Below are positions 24,671 to 36,018 of a DNA stretch of 64,000 nt, one piece after another (position 1 is the stretch's first letter; each line of letters opens with the position of its first letter). The stretch is from NCBI RefSeq assembly GCF_016432865.1, contig NC_067400.1, positions 459,854,001 through 459,918,000 of the forward strand, written 5' to 3'. The translations under genes and the position numbers were made by a program. The notes under the pieces are model-generated. The model was not told the origin of the DNA, made no database searches, and saw nothing but the letters and a program-made list of their open reading frames with translations. Origin of the DNA: Antechinus flavipes. Taxonomy: Eukaryota.

Positions 24671-27479
24671 CATTGTTAGAGAGTTGGAAGATGGTTACTG
24701 GGCTGCTGGTGACAAGTGGGAGGGGAATAAGAGGATTTGAAAATCGAGTCACAAAGAGGACAGAAAAGAGTAGGGAAAGAAAATAACCAAGGAAGGCCTG
24801 AGGCTTTTGTTAAATTGAAGGACTTTTCTAGAAAAGGGAATTCAAGTAACATTCCCCTTCTCAAAAAAAATGCAATAGGGGAAAAAACATTTCATTTAAA
24901 ATGTAGTTTTAAAAATATACATACATACATACTCACACAAATGATTGACTTTGAAAGTATGATAGCATCCTGGACCTGGACTCAGGAAGAGCTAAGTTCA
25001 AGTCCAGCCTCAGATATATACTTGATTATTTGTGACTCTGGGCGAGTCACTTAAATCTCTGCCTGCCTCAATTTCCTCAGCTATAAAGTGGGGATAGTAA
25101 TAGCAGCTAGATTTTAAGATCATTTAAAGGATAAAAGAATATGTCAAGTTCTTTGCAAATCTTGAAACTTCAATCTACAGAAGTCCTGGCTGTTATATAG
25201 TTAATCTCTACCATTTATTGCCTGTGTGGTTTTGGACGAGTTATTTAATCTCTGTGGGCCTTAGTTTCAAATATAGATGACTTCTCAGATCTCTGGCAGC
25301 TCAAAAATATTTTTTCAGATTCTCTATTCCTTCCTTCCAATAAATGAGATATTAACTACAAATAAAAAGTGTCCTTTTTAATTCCAGCTAATATTAGAAG
25401 AGAACCAAGCCAGAAATGGGAAGGACAAAAATCATTTTTAATAGAAATACAGAAATGTTCATAAGTTTTCACTAGTTTTTCTCCACACATTCAAATCTTT
25501 AAGATTGAAGATCACTAGTTTCAAAGGCAATGTTGTCTGTGTCAGTATTCCTTAATATGGCACAAAGAACATGAAAATTGCTCCAGATGACTTATAAAGT
25601 TAGATTACATTTCACTCGAGCTTATTAACCAAACTACCATCATTTTGTGGAGAATGCTTCTGGCTTGCTGGCTAAGAAATTATTTTTAAATAAGATATGG
25701 TGGTTATTTGTAAATGATCATTTGGGGGGCAAAAAATAGATCACTGCTAAGCCTCTTGAGGGAATTTTTTCTATTTAATAATGCACGTACAGATGATTCA
25801 GATGAAAATATCAGCTATATGGTATTAGCTAATGTATCAAAATTGGAGATTCAGAAGTACATATAATTCACAATAATTTTAGTATATTAAGATGGATTCG
25901 GGACTCTCTGGACCTAAGCTAACAGGAGAAGTTAAAGATAAATAAGCAAATACTTAACAATCAAGAGTATATGATTTTAATGGGCCAGTTATAAAGTTCA
26001 CTGAGCAGGAAAAAAATGATGATTACTGAATGAATCTCCAGGAAACTATTCTAATCCCTAACTCTCATCTCTACATTTCAGAAAGCAAATAGATCCCCAT
26101 CGTATATCCACAATTGCAAGAAATAGTCAGAAGAAATAATCCTACTGATATGTAATATATTTATACTCTTTCTTTTTCCACACTGGCATGAGAAAGCTTA
26201 ACATTTGTAGAAATTGTAGAGATTGTGGTTCAGCCTGTTCAGGCCAACTATATTATTGGCCCAAATAAAAGACATTTTTCAGATAGTACCCTCTTCCTAT
26301 TCATATAGAAAGCACTCTATTCTGGGGGAGGGGAAGCAATTGAATATCAACACCATGTGCATTTTAGATCACAAATGGAAAAATTGCATCAATTCTTTTA
26401 AACTCATGATCACAACCATAGCAGAGATCAATCAAGAAAAGTAACTTCTTGAAAAGTTTGTTATTGATTGCTATCTGACAACTGCTTTAAAAAAAGAAGA
26501 GTTGCACTCAAATGATTGCTATGCACAGTAAGATTTTACTTATGGGATTATAAATTGAGATACAATTTAAGGATCTAAAAATCCTCTGAGACCGACAAGA
26601 TGACTTTAATTAAGTTATAATTACACTCTTAAGTCATTGAAAATGAGCTCATTCCAAAGAAACTAGTGCAAGGAAAAGACTCAAGGGATTTTCTCCATTT
26701 GATCATACAAGGCCAAATGATTTCGATGTATGTAGCACTTTAAAATTTAAAATTGAATACCAGATACCAAAATCAGACTGTTGGATTGCTTATTTAGTTG
26801 AATAGAGGAAAGTGATATTCCCTTAGATATCTAGCAGCTTGAACCATCTTTTCATGCTCTTCCTTCTGTGCCTGGGAGTAAGAGGTGTCCTGAAGTAGTC
26901 TCCTATTCAAACTTTGAGTTTTTTTCAGTTGTTTTATTTATCTTTTGTGCATCTTCAAGTTTACTTACTCCTCACAAAACCTGTTCCAGACGTTTTCTGC
27001 TCTCAGGCTTTCAAACCACTTACCCCACTATTGAAATCCCTAAAGTAACAGTACTTTATAATCCACTACTTTAACATAACTAGGATCTCATCAATATGCA
27101 TCTTATCATTAGCAGTGAGTTTCATACCTTTCTCCTGGGAATACTGGGATAGTATTTGCAAAAAGCGCTTAGCACAATATCTGGCACATAGTAGGTATCA
27201 TAAAAATGCTATTCCCTTCCCCTTGTCCCACTTATTTCTATAGATCTACCCAGTATGCTGAGAATCATTTAAAGACCATTTAAAATGATAAATAAGTTTA
27301 TATGTGTTTTCCTTTTATGTTTTCTGGAAATAACCCTCTCTTCCTGCCTTATCTTGAAATATAAATTTTCCTTGTAACAAAGAAAAAAGTCAAGCAAAAA
27401 TACTTGATATAGTGACTTTGTCTGACAATCTATACAGCATCCTACCATCATAGTCCTCACACCTCTCTGCTGAGAAAGG

Positions 27480-27736
27480 GAGATGTTTCAATTCTTTATG
27501 ATCAGTTCCTCAGTACCATTATAAGTTTTTACTTTTTTTTTTACACTCAAGAGTTAATTTCAATGATCTTTTTATATGCATTGTTATAACCATTGTTTGT
27601 AATTGTTCTTTTGGTCCTACTAATTTCATTTTGAATAAGTTCATGCAAATCTTGCCTATTTCTATGAATTCTTTATTATCACATGGTAATACAAGGTATT
27701 TTTCCATTACATTCTTATGCTACATTTTTCCCCAGT
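27480..27736 (-). mobile_element. Old L1 3' fragment abutting the young L1
   Basis: ttgttcttttggtcctactaatttcattttgaataagttcatgcaaatc...ttccattacattc, diverged paralogue of the L1 ORF2-end/3'UTR. Confidence 0.65.
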
Positions 27737-28099
27737 TCTTTTTTTTTTTTAATAATAACTTTTTATTGACAGAACCCATGCCAGGGTAATTTTTTTACAT
27801 TATCCCTTGCACTCGCTTCTGTTACGATTTTTCCCCTCCCTCCTTCCACCCCCTCCCCTAGATGTCAAGCAGTCCTGTATATGTTAATTATGTTGCAGTA
27901 TATCCTAGATACAATATATGTTTGCAGAACCGAACAGTTCTCTTGTTGCACAGGGAGAATTGGATTCAGACGGTAAAAATAACCCGGGAAGAAAAACAAA
28001 AATGCAAATACTTTACATTCATTTCCCAGTGTTCTTTCTTTGAGTGTAGCTGCTTCTGTCCATCATTGTTGGTCTCTTTGTCAAAGAAATCCACTTCCA

Positions 28100-31000
28100 T
28101 CAGAATACATCCTCATACAGTATCATTGTCGAAGTGTATAATGATCTCCTAGTTCTGCTCATTTCACTTAGCATCAGTTCATGTAAGTCTCTCCAAGCCT
28201 CTCTGTATTCATCCTGCTGGTCATTTCTTACAGAACAATAATATTCCATAACATTCACATACCACAATTTATCCAGCCATTCTCCAATTGATGGGCATCC
28301 ATTCAGTTTTCAGTTTCTAGCCACTACAAACAGGGCTGCCACAAACATTTTGGCACATACAGGTTCCTTTCCCTTCTTTAGTATTTCTTTGGGATATAAG
28401 CCCAGAAGTAACACTGCTGGATCAAAGGGTATGCACAGTTTGATAACCTTTTGGGCATAATTCCAGATTGCTCTCCAGAATGGTTGGATTCATTCACAAC
28501 TCCACCAACAATGCATCAGTGTCCCAGTTTTCCTGCATCCCCTCCAACATTCATCATTATTTTTCCTGTCATCTTAGCCAATCTGACAGGTGTGTAGTGG
28601 CATCTCAGAGTTGTCTTAATTTGCATTTCTCTGATCAATAGTGATTTGGAACACTCTTTCATATGAATGGTAATAGTTTAAATTTCATCATCTGAAAATT
28701 GTCTGTTCATATCCTTTGACCATTTATCAATTGGAGAATGGCTTGATTTCTTATAAGTTTGAGTCAATTCTCTATATATTTTAGAAATGAGGCCTTTATC
28801 AGAACCTTTAACTGTGAAGATGTTTTCCCAGTTTGTTGCTTCCCTTCTAATCTTGTATGCATTAGTTTTGTTTGTACAAAAGCTTTTTAATTTGATATAA
28901 TCAAAATTTTCTATTTTGTGACCAGTAATGGTCTCTAGTTCATCTTTGGTCACAAATTTCTTTCTCCTCCACAAGTCTGAGAGATAAACTATCCTGTGTT
29001 CCTCTAATTTATTTATAATCTCGTTCTTTATGCCTAGGTCATGGACCCATTTTGATCTTATCTTGGTATATGGTGTTAAGTGTGGGTCCATGCCTAATTT
29101 CTGCCATACTAATTTCCAGTTATCCCAGCAGTTTTTATCAAATAATGAATTCTTATCCCAAAAGTTAGAATCTTTGGGTTTGTCAAACACTAGATTGCTA
29201 TAGTTGACTATTCTGTCTTGTGAACCTAACCTATTCCACTGATCAACTAATCTATTTTTTAGCCAATACCAAATGCTTTTGATGACTGTTGTTTTATAAC
29301 ATAGTTTTAGATCAGGTACAGCTGGGCCACCTTCATTTGATTTTTTTTTTCATTAATTCCCTTGAGATTCTCGACTTTTTATTGTTCCATATGAATTTTG
29401 TTGTTTTTTTTCTAGATCATTAAAATATTTTCTTGGAAGTCTGATTGGTATAGCACTAAATAAATAGATTAGTTTAGGGAGTATTGTCATCTTTATTATA
29501 TTCGCTCGGCCTATCCAAGAGCACTTAATATTTTTCCAATTGTTTAAGTCTGACTTTATTTGTGTGGAAACTTTTTTGTAATTTTGCTCATATAATTCCT
29601 GATTTTCCTTTGGTAGATAGATTCCCAAATATTTTATGCTATCAACAGTTATTTTGAATGGAATTTCTCATTGTATCTCTTGCTGTTGGATTTTGCTGGT
29701 GATATATAAAAATGCTGATGATTTATGGGGATTTGTTTTGTATCCTGCTACTTTGCTAAAGTTATGAATTATTTCTAATAGCTTTTTAGTAGAATCTCTG
29801 GGGTTCTTTAGGTATACCATCATATCATCTGCAAAGAGTGATAGTTTGGTTTCCTCATTGCCTACTCTAATTCTTTAATCTCTTTCTCGACTCTTATTGC
29901 AGAGGCTAATGTTTCTAATACAATATTGAATAATAGTGATAGTGGGCAACCTTGCTTCAGTCCAGATATTACTGGGAAAGGTTCCAGTTTTTCCTCATTG
30001 CATATGATGCTTACTGACAGTTTTAAATATGCTTCTGACTATTTTAAGGAAAAGTCCATTTATTCCTATGCTCTCAAGTGTTTCTATTAGGAATGGATGT
30101 TGGATTTTATCAAATGCTTTTTCTGCATCTATTGAGATGATCATATGGTTTTTGTTTGTTTGGTTATTGATATAGTCAATTATGCTAATAGTTTTCCTAA
30201 TATTGAACCAGCCCTGCATTCCTGGTATAAATCCTACTTGGTCATAGTGTATTATCCTGGGGATGATTTTCTGTAATCTTTTTGCTAATATTTTATTTAA
30301 GATTTTAGCATCAATATTCATTAGGGAGATTGGTCTATAATTTTCTTTCTCTGTTTTCAGCCTACCTGGTTTAGGTATCAGTACCATGTCTGTGTCATAA
30401 AAGGAGTTTGGTAGGACTCCTTCAATCCCTATTTTTTTCAAATAGTTTATTTAGCATTGGAGTTAATTGTTCTTTAAATGTTTGGTAGAATTCACATGTA
30501 AATCCATCTGGTCCTGGGGCTTTTTTCTTAGGGAGTTGATTGATAGTTTGTTCTATTTCTTTTTCTGAGATGGGACTGTTTAGGATATTTACTTCTTCCT
30601 CTGTTAGTTTGGGCAAGCTATATTTTTGGAGGTATTCTTTTATTTCATTTATGTTGTCAAATTTATTGGCATAAAGTTGGGCAAAGTAACTCTAATTTCC
30701 TCTTCGTTACTGGCGAGTTCTCCCTTTTCATTTTTAAGACTAACAATTTGATTTTTCTCTTTCCTTTTTTTAATCAGATTTACTAAGGGTCTGTCTATTT
30801 TGTTGGTTTTTTCATAGAACCAACTCTTAGTTTTATTAATCAATTCAATAGTTTTTTTTTTTACTTTCAATTTTATTGATCTCTCCTTTTATTTTTAGAA
30901 TTTCAAGTTTAGTGTTTGACTGGGGGTTTTTAATTTGTTCCTTTTCTAGCATTTTTAGTTGCAAGCCCAATTCATTGATCTTCTCTTTCTCTATTTTATG

Positions 31001-31915
31001 CAAATAGACCTCTAGAGATATGAAATTTCCCCTTATTACTGCTTTGGCTGCATCCCATACATTTTGGTATGATGTCTCATTATTATCGTTTTCTTGGGTG
31101 AAGTTATTAATTATGTCTATGATTTGCTGTTTCACCCAATCATTCTTTAGTATGAGATTATTTAGTTTCCAATTATTTCTTGGTCTACTTCCCCCTGGTT
31201 TTTTGTTGAATGTAATTTTCATTGCATCGTGGTCTGGAAAGGATGCATTTACTATTTCTGCCTTACTGCCTTTGAGTTTGAGGTTTTTATGTCCTAATAT
31301 GTGGTCAATTTTTGTATAGATTCCATGAACTGCTGAAAAGAAAGTGTACTCCCTTCTGTCTCCATTACATTTTCTCCAGAGATCTATCATATCTAACTTT
31401 TCTAGTATTCTATTTACCTCTTTGACTTCTTTCTTATTTATTTTGTGGTTTGATTTATCTAATTCTGAGAGTGCAAGGTTAAGATCTCCCACTATTATAG
31501 TTTTACTGTCTATTTCTTCTTGCAGCTCTCTTAGTTTCTCTTTTAAGAATTTAGATGCTACACCACTTGGTGCATATATATTTAATACTGATATTGCTTC
31601 ATTATCCATGCTACCCTTTAGCAAGATATAGTGCCCTTCCTTATCTCTTTTAATTAGATCAATTTTTGCTTTAGCTTGATCTGAGATCAGGATGGCTACC
31701 CCTGCTTTTTTGATTTCACCTGAAGCATAGTAGATTTTGCTCCAACCTTTTACCTTTAACCTGCATGTATCTCCCCGCTTCAGGTGTGTTTCCTGTAAAC
31801 AACATATTGTAGGATTCTGGCTTTTAATCCATTCTGCTAACCGCTTCCTCTTTATGGGGGAGTTTACCCCCTTCACATTTATGGTTAGAATGACCAATTC
31901 TATATTACTTGCCAT
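28100..31915 (-). pseudogene. L1 ORF2 (APE endonuclease-reverse transcriptase), frameshifted
   Basis: 356-aa open N-terminus (TICCLQETH, IVGDLN, KIDHILG), [31 protein letters not shown] (~29821-29838), C-terminus ...YEDVF*; several frameshifts and stops, e.g. at the T11 run 30852-30862. Confidence 0.95.
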
Positions 31916-32417
31916 CTTGTTAACCCCGGTTTATGCTTTTCTCCCTTCTTTCCCCTTTCCCCCCTTCCCAGTATTAAGCTTGTGAGCACCACTTGCTTCT
32001 CACAGCCCTCCCTTTTTAGTGTCCTTCCCCCCCGCCTTAGAGTTCCTCCCCCTATCTTACCCCTTTCCCTCCCATTTCCGTATTCCCTTCCTCTTAGCTT
32101 ATTCCTTCCCTTTTCACTTTTCCCTTCTCACTTTTCAATGAGGTGGGAGAAGTTTCACCATAGATTGAATATGTCTTAAGATTTTTCACTTAAAACCAAT
32201 TCTGAAGGTAGTAAGATACCCACTATATTCATCCCCCTCCATTCTTTCTCTCAGATATAATAGGTTTCCTTTGCCTCTTTGTGAGATGTAGTACCCCCAC
32301 TTTACCCTTTTTCTGGTACAATGTCCTTTCCACATCAATTTCTAGAACAAGGTATACATGTATTCTTTATACATCTATATAGTTGAAATATAGTTCCTAA
32401 GATTAATCTTTACCTTT

Positions 32418-33284
32418 TTAGATTTCTCTCGAGTTCTATATTTGTAGATCAAACTTTTTGTTAAGTTCTGGCTTTTTCATCAGAAATAGATGAAATTCGC
32501 TTACTTCGTTGAATGTCCATCTTCTTCCCTGGAAAAAGATGCTCATTCTCGCTGGGTAAGTTATTTTTGGTTGCATACCAAGTTCCTTAGCCTTTCGGAA
32601 TATCATATTCTAGGCCCACCATTCGATCTTTTAATGTGAATGCTGCCAGGTCCTGGGTGATCCTTATTGTGGCTCCTTGATACTTGAATTGGGTTTTTCT
32701 AGCCGCTTGCAATATTTTTTCCTTCGTCTGAGGGTTCTGGCATTTGGCCACTATATTCCTTGGTGTTTTGATTTTAGGATCCCTTTCAGTGGGTGATCGA
32801 TGAATCCTTTCAATGTTTATTTTTTCCTCTGTTCCTATGACTTCTGGGCAGTTCTCTTTGATAATTTCCTGGAAAATAGTGTCCAGGCTCTTTTTTTCAT
32901 CATGTTTTTCTGGAAGTCCAATGATTCTCAGATTGTCTCTCCTGGATCTGTTTTCCAGGTCTGTTGTCTTCCCCAGAAGGTATTTCACATTCTTTTCCAT
33001 TGTTTGATTTTTTTGGATTTGCTTGACTGATTCTTCTTGTCTCCTCGAGTCATTCAATTCCACTTGTTCAATTCTGATTTTCAGTGAAGTATTCTCTTCA
33101 CTCACTTTTTAAAAATCTTTTTCTAATTGTCCCATTGAGTTCTTTTGTTCTGTGGAATTTTTTTCCATTTCGCCAATTTTGTTTTTTAGAGAGCTGTTTT
33201 CTGTTTCCAGTTCACTAATCCTGTACAGATAATATCTGTATAGAAGCTGTCAAGGGTTAAAGTCCTCTTCAGTTTCTTGCTCAT
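32418..33284 (-). pseudogene. L1 ORF1 (coiled-coil/RRM RNA-binding protein) with internal deletion
   Basis: MSKKLKRTLTLDSFYTD, a junction, then RISELETENSS...DLENRSRRDNLRIIGLPE...ERIHRSP...IRITQDLA; premature stop and frameshifts. Confidence 0.93.
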
Positions 33285-33893
33285 TCTATCTAATAATCAA
33301 AGACAAACTTGCAAAGAAAAACAGAAAAAACTGGAGTCTTTCTTTGGGGGAGGGGCTGGGTATGTTATCGAGCTTCCTCTACAGACTGCAGGAGGCAGCA
33401 GTGAGGCACTAGCAGGACTGTGTTGCGCCTGCGCTCTGAGATCCCAGAGCGTGCTGAGTCACTGTGGGGTGGGGGGGGGAAGGGGGGGACGGCCAGGTCC
33501 CGGGAGACTCCAGCTGTTTGGGGTTGTATTCTTCAGCCCCGGTGTTTTTAGCTTCTCTGCTGGGCTGCTGACTTGCTGCTGGAGTAAAGTATCCAAACCT
33601 GTAGCAAAGCTCTCCCGCAGAGACGGCTGCGATCACTCCCCACCCCCTCTCCCATCTGCTCCCGTGCCCTCACTGCCGCTGCCCTCGGCCTGCACCCGAT
33701 CTAAAACCATCCCAGCCCTCCAGTAAAGACAGACCTTTCTTGGCGAATCTCAAGGATGGCTTCTCTTGGTAACTGTTTGTGGGGTTTTTTTTCAGTCAAG
33801 TATTAATTCAGAGGCTTGTAATGAAATGGATAGTGAGAGAAAGCGTGGAGCTTATGCAGCTGTGTGCCTCCTCTCTGCCATCTTAACCGGAAG
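33285..33893 (-). promoter_or_regulatory. L1 5'UTR internal Pol II promoter (CpG-rich)
   Basis: YY1 core aagatggc and ccggaa at the 5' end; CpG density far above background; G-rich tract 33466-33491 on +. Confidence 0.8.
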
Positions 33894-35783
33894 TTGCCTG
33901 AGACCATTTTTGAGTGTGACCTTTTTATTGGTCCTAACTTGCTCTTCCTGGGAGACTTAATCTAATCATCCACATCCCTTTACAAAAATTAAACACACTT
34001 CTAGCCCAGGGAAAAATAATGCTCTCAAAGATCACAAGATTGCTTTCCCTATTCTTTCATAGTTTATATCAGATGAAAAGTTTTTATTAAAATAATAATA
34101 GATTAGAGTCACCATTTAAGAAAAATCTTAATATTTGGAAAGAGGCTTCACTCTCTGCCGTAATTTAAATTTTGTGCATTCCTACCTAAACCCACTGGTT
34201 TTTTCTATTCCCCATTCTTGGTATAGACTAAGTATAGATGTAAGATTTCATGAATAACCATCAGTTTTAATATGAAGCCAAATCAAGATAAAGGAAATAA
34301 CTTAACTGAAAGAAAACAACAACAACAACAACAAAAGACTATGCAAGGTCCATTATCAGACAGGAATGGGAAGGGAAAAGTAGGGAAAGAATAGCCTTTT
34401 TGAAAATGTCCTCAGCCCTTGAAGAGGCAAGCTGCAGCTTCACTCCAGGTTCTTTGTTCCACCATTCTTGTGCCTCCCTACCCCCATGGTCTCTAGCCTT
34501 TCTGTCACAGCTCAGCTCCCTTCTCTCTTCCCTTGTGGCAGAAGTGGCTGTACTTTCTCTCTCCAGTTCCACTAATTAATCCCAAGCAGGGTTGAGTTGC
34601 TGCTACCCTCATTCCATGGCTGTTCAGTTCATCCAGTCCCAGTTGGAGACTGAGGATTCTACCTCCCCACTCCCACTTTTACCTCGGCTACTTATCTCAT
34701 GCAGACTCAGCTTCTTCCTCTTGTTCTATCCCTTACAAACTGTCTTTCCATGATTCTGAGGCAGAACTCCTTTGTCTTCTGGCTCAAATATTAATTGGGA
34801 TAGTCCACATTTCTTCTTGAAACTGAATGTCCTTTTGCCCTGCAAATCCTAATATGCTAATAAATTCTAAACTTATGTAACAATAGCTCTTGGGTTTGTT
34901 TTTGGCTTGGGGGGTTTTTTGGTTTAATTTTTCCTCTGTTACAGTTTATCTTACATGGTACTTCACTGTACACATCATATATATATCTTCTCCCACTACA
35001 CTATGATCTCCCTTGAGACTAGAACCGTAATCTTTCATGATTCCCCAGCATGTAGCATTGAGCCTTAAACACTGTAAGCACTTAATAAATGTTTATTATC
35101 CTTTGTAGAATAAACTCCGAGCAATAGGCCATGTCTGCTGTCCAAGGATGAACCTTATTGTTAAGTTTTCCAGTAAGTCATGAATTTTTTGGCCATCTTG
35201 CCAAAAGACAAATAACAGTACAAAATGGGCCTCTGAATGCAGAAAAATTCTGCTCCTTTTTCTCTGTCCTTCACAAAAAAAATCAAGAGAAAAAGTAAAA
35301 GTTACCCCGACTGAGGTGTTACTCAAGATCAAATACCTCATTCCCCTTCTAATGGTAACTTTTCTAGCCATCATTACCATCAATGCCTTTTACCACTCGG
35401 TCTTTCTAGCCACCATTGCTGTTCGTCCTCTCATTTCTCTCACTTGTCCTAGTGTGAGCACATTTCTAACTTCTGTTCTTCTGGTTCCCTGCAGTTGACA
35501 CTTTCTACAGATATAAAAATCTGTCTGTACTCTAATCCCTATGTACCTCAACTCTACCCTGAGTCTTTTTCTGCTCTCCTTATGTTTCACTCTCTGTAAT
35601 CCTTGATTTATTTATTAACTTTCCTTTATCTTAAATCTTTCTTGTACATTCTTTCTTCCTGCTGATGCTCAGGAAAACCTGGCTCCCTCCTGAATACATT
35701 TCATCCCTTGTCACATCCACTGTAGTATTGGTACAGTTTTAAATTGTAATAGTTCAGTTTAAGCTGTGATAGGAAACTATAGA

Positions 35784-36018
35784 GGCAGCTAGATGGCACA
35801 GTGAATAGAGTGTTGGGCCTAGAGTCAGGAAGAGTTGAGGTCAAATCTGGCCTCCAGCTCTTAGTAGGTGTGTGATCCTGGTCAAGTCGCTTAACCCTGT
35901 TTGCCTTAATTTCCCCCTCTGTAAAAGCAGCTTAAGCAGGAGATGGCAAATCACTCCAATATCTATGCCAAAAAAACACCACATGGGGATGTGAAGACTG
36001 AACATGACTGAACCAAAA
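35784..36018 (+). mobile_element. MAR1-type SINE (tRNA head, CORE, RTE tail)
   Basis: ggcagctagatggcacagtgaatagagtg...caagtcgcttaaccctg...ggagatggcaaatcactccaatatctatgccaa...catgactgaac. Confidence 0.85.

Larger units (their letters stand above)
27738..33893 (-). mobile_element. Near-full-length LINE-1 (marsupial), inactive
   Basis: 5' end cttccggttaagatggc (YY1/ETS-like), CpG-rich 5'UTR, ORF1, ~500-bp spacer, ORF2 with EN and RT motifs, 3'UTR, poly(A) seen as the T run at 27738-27750; no TSD found. Confidence 0.97.

Noticed and set aside
31020-32179. Several plus-strand ORFs of 65-99 aa
   Set aside because: Antisense shadows of L1 ORF2 and the spacer
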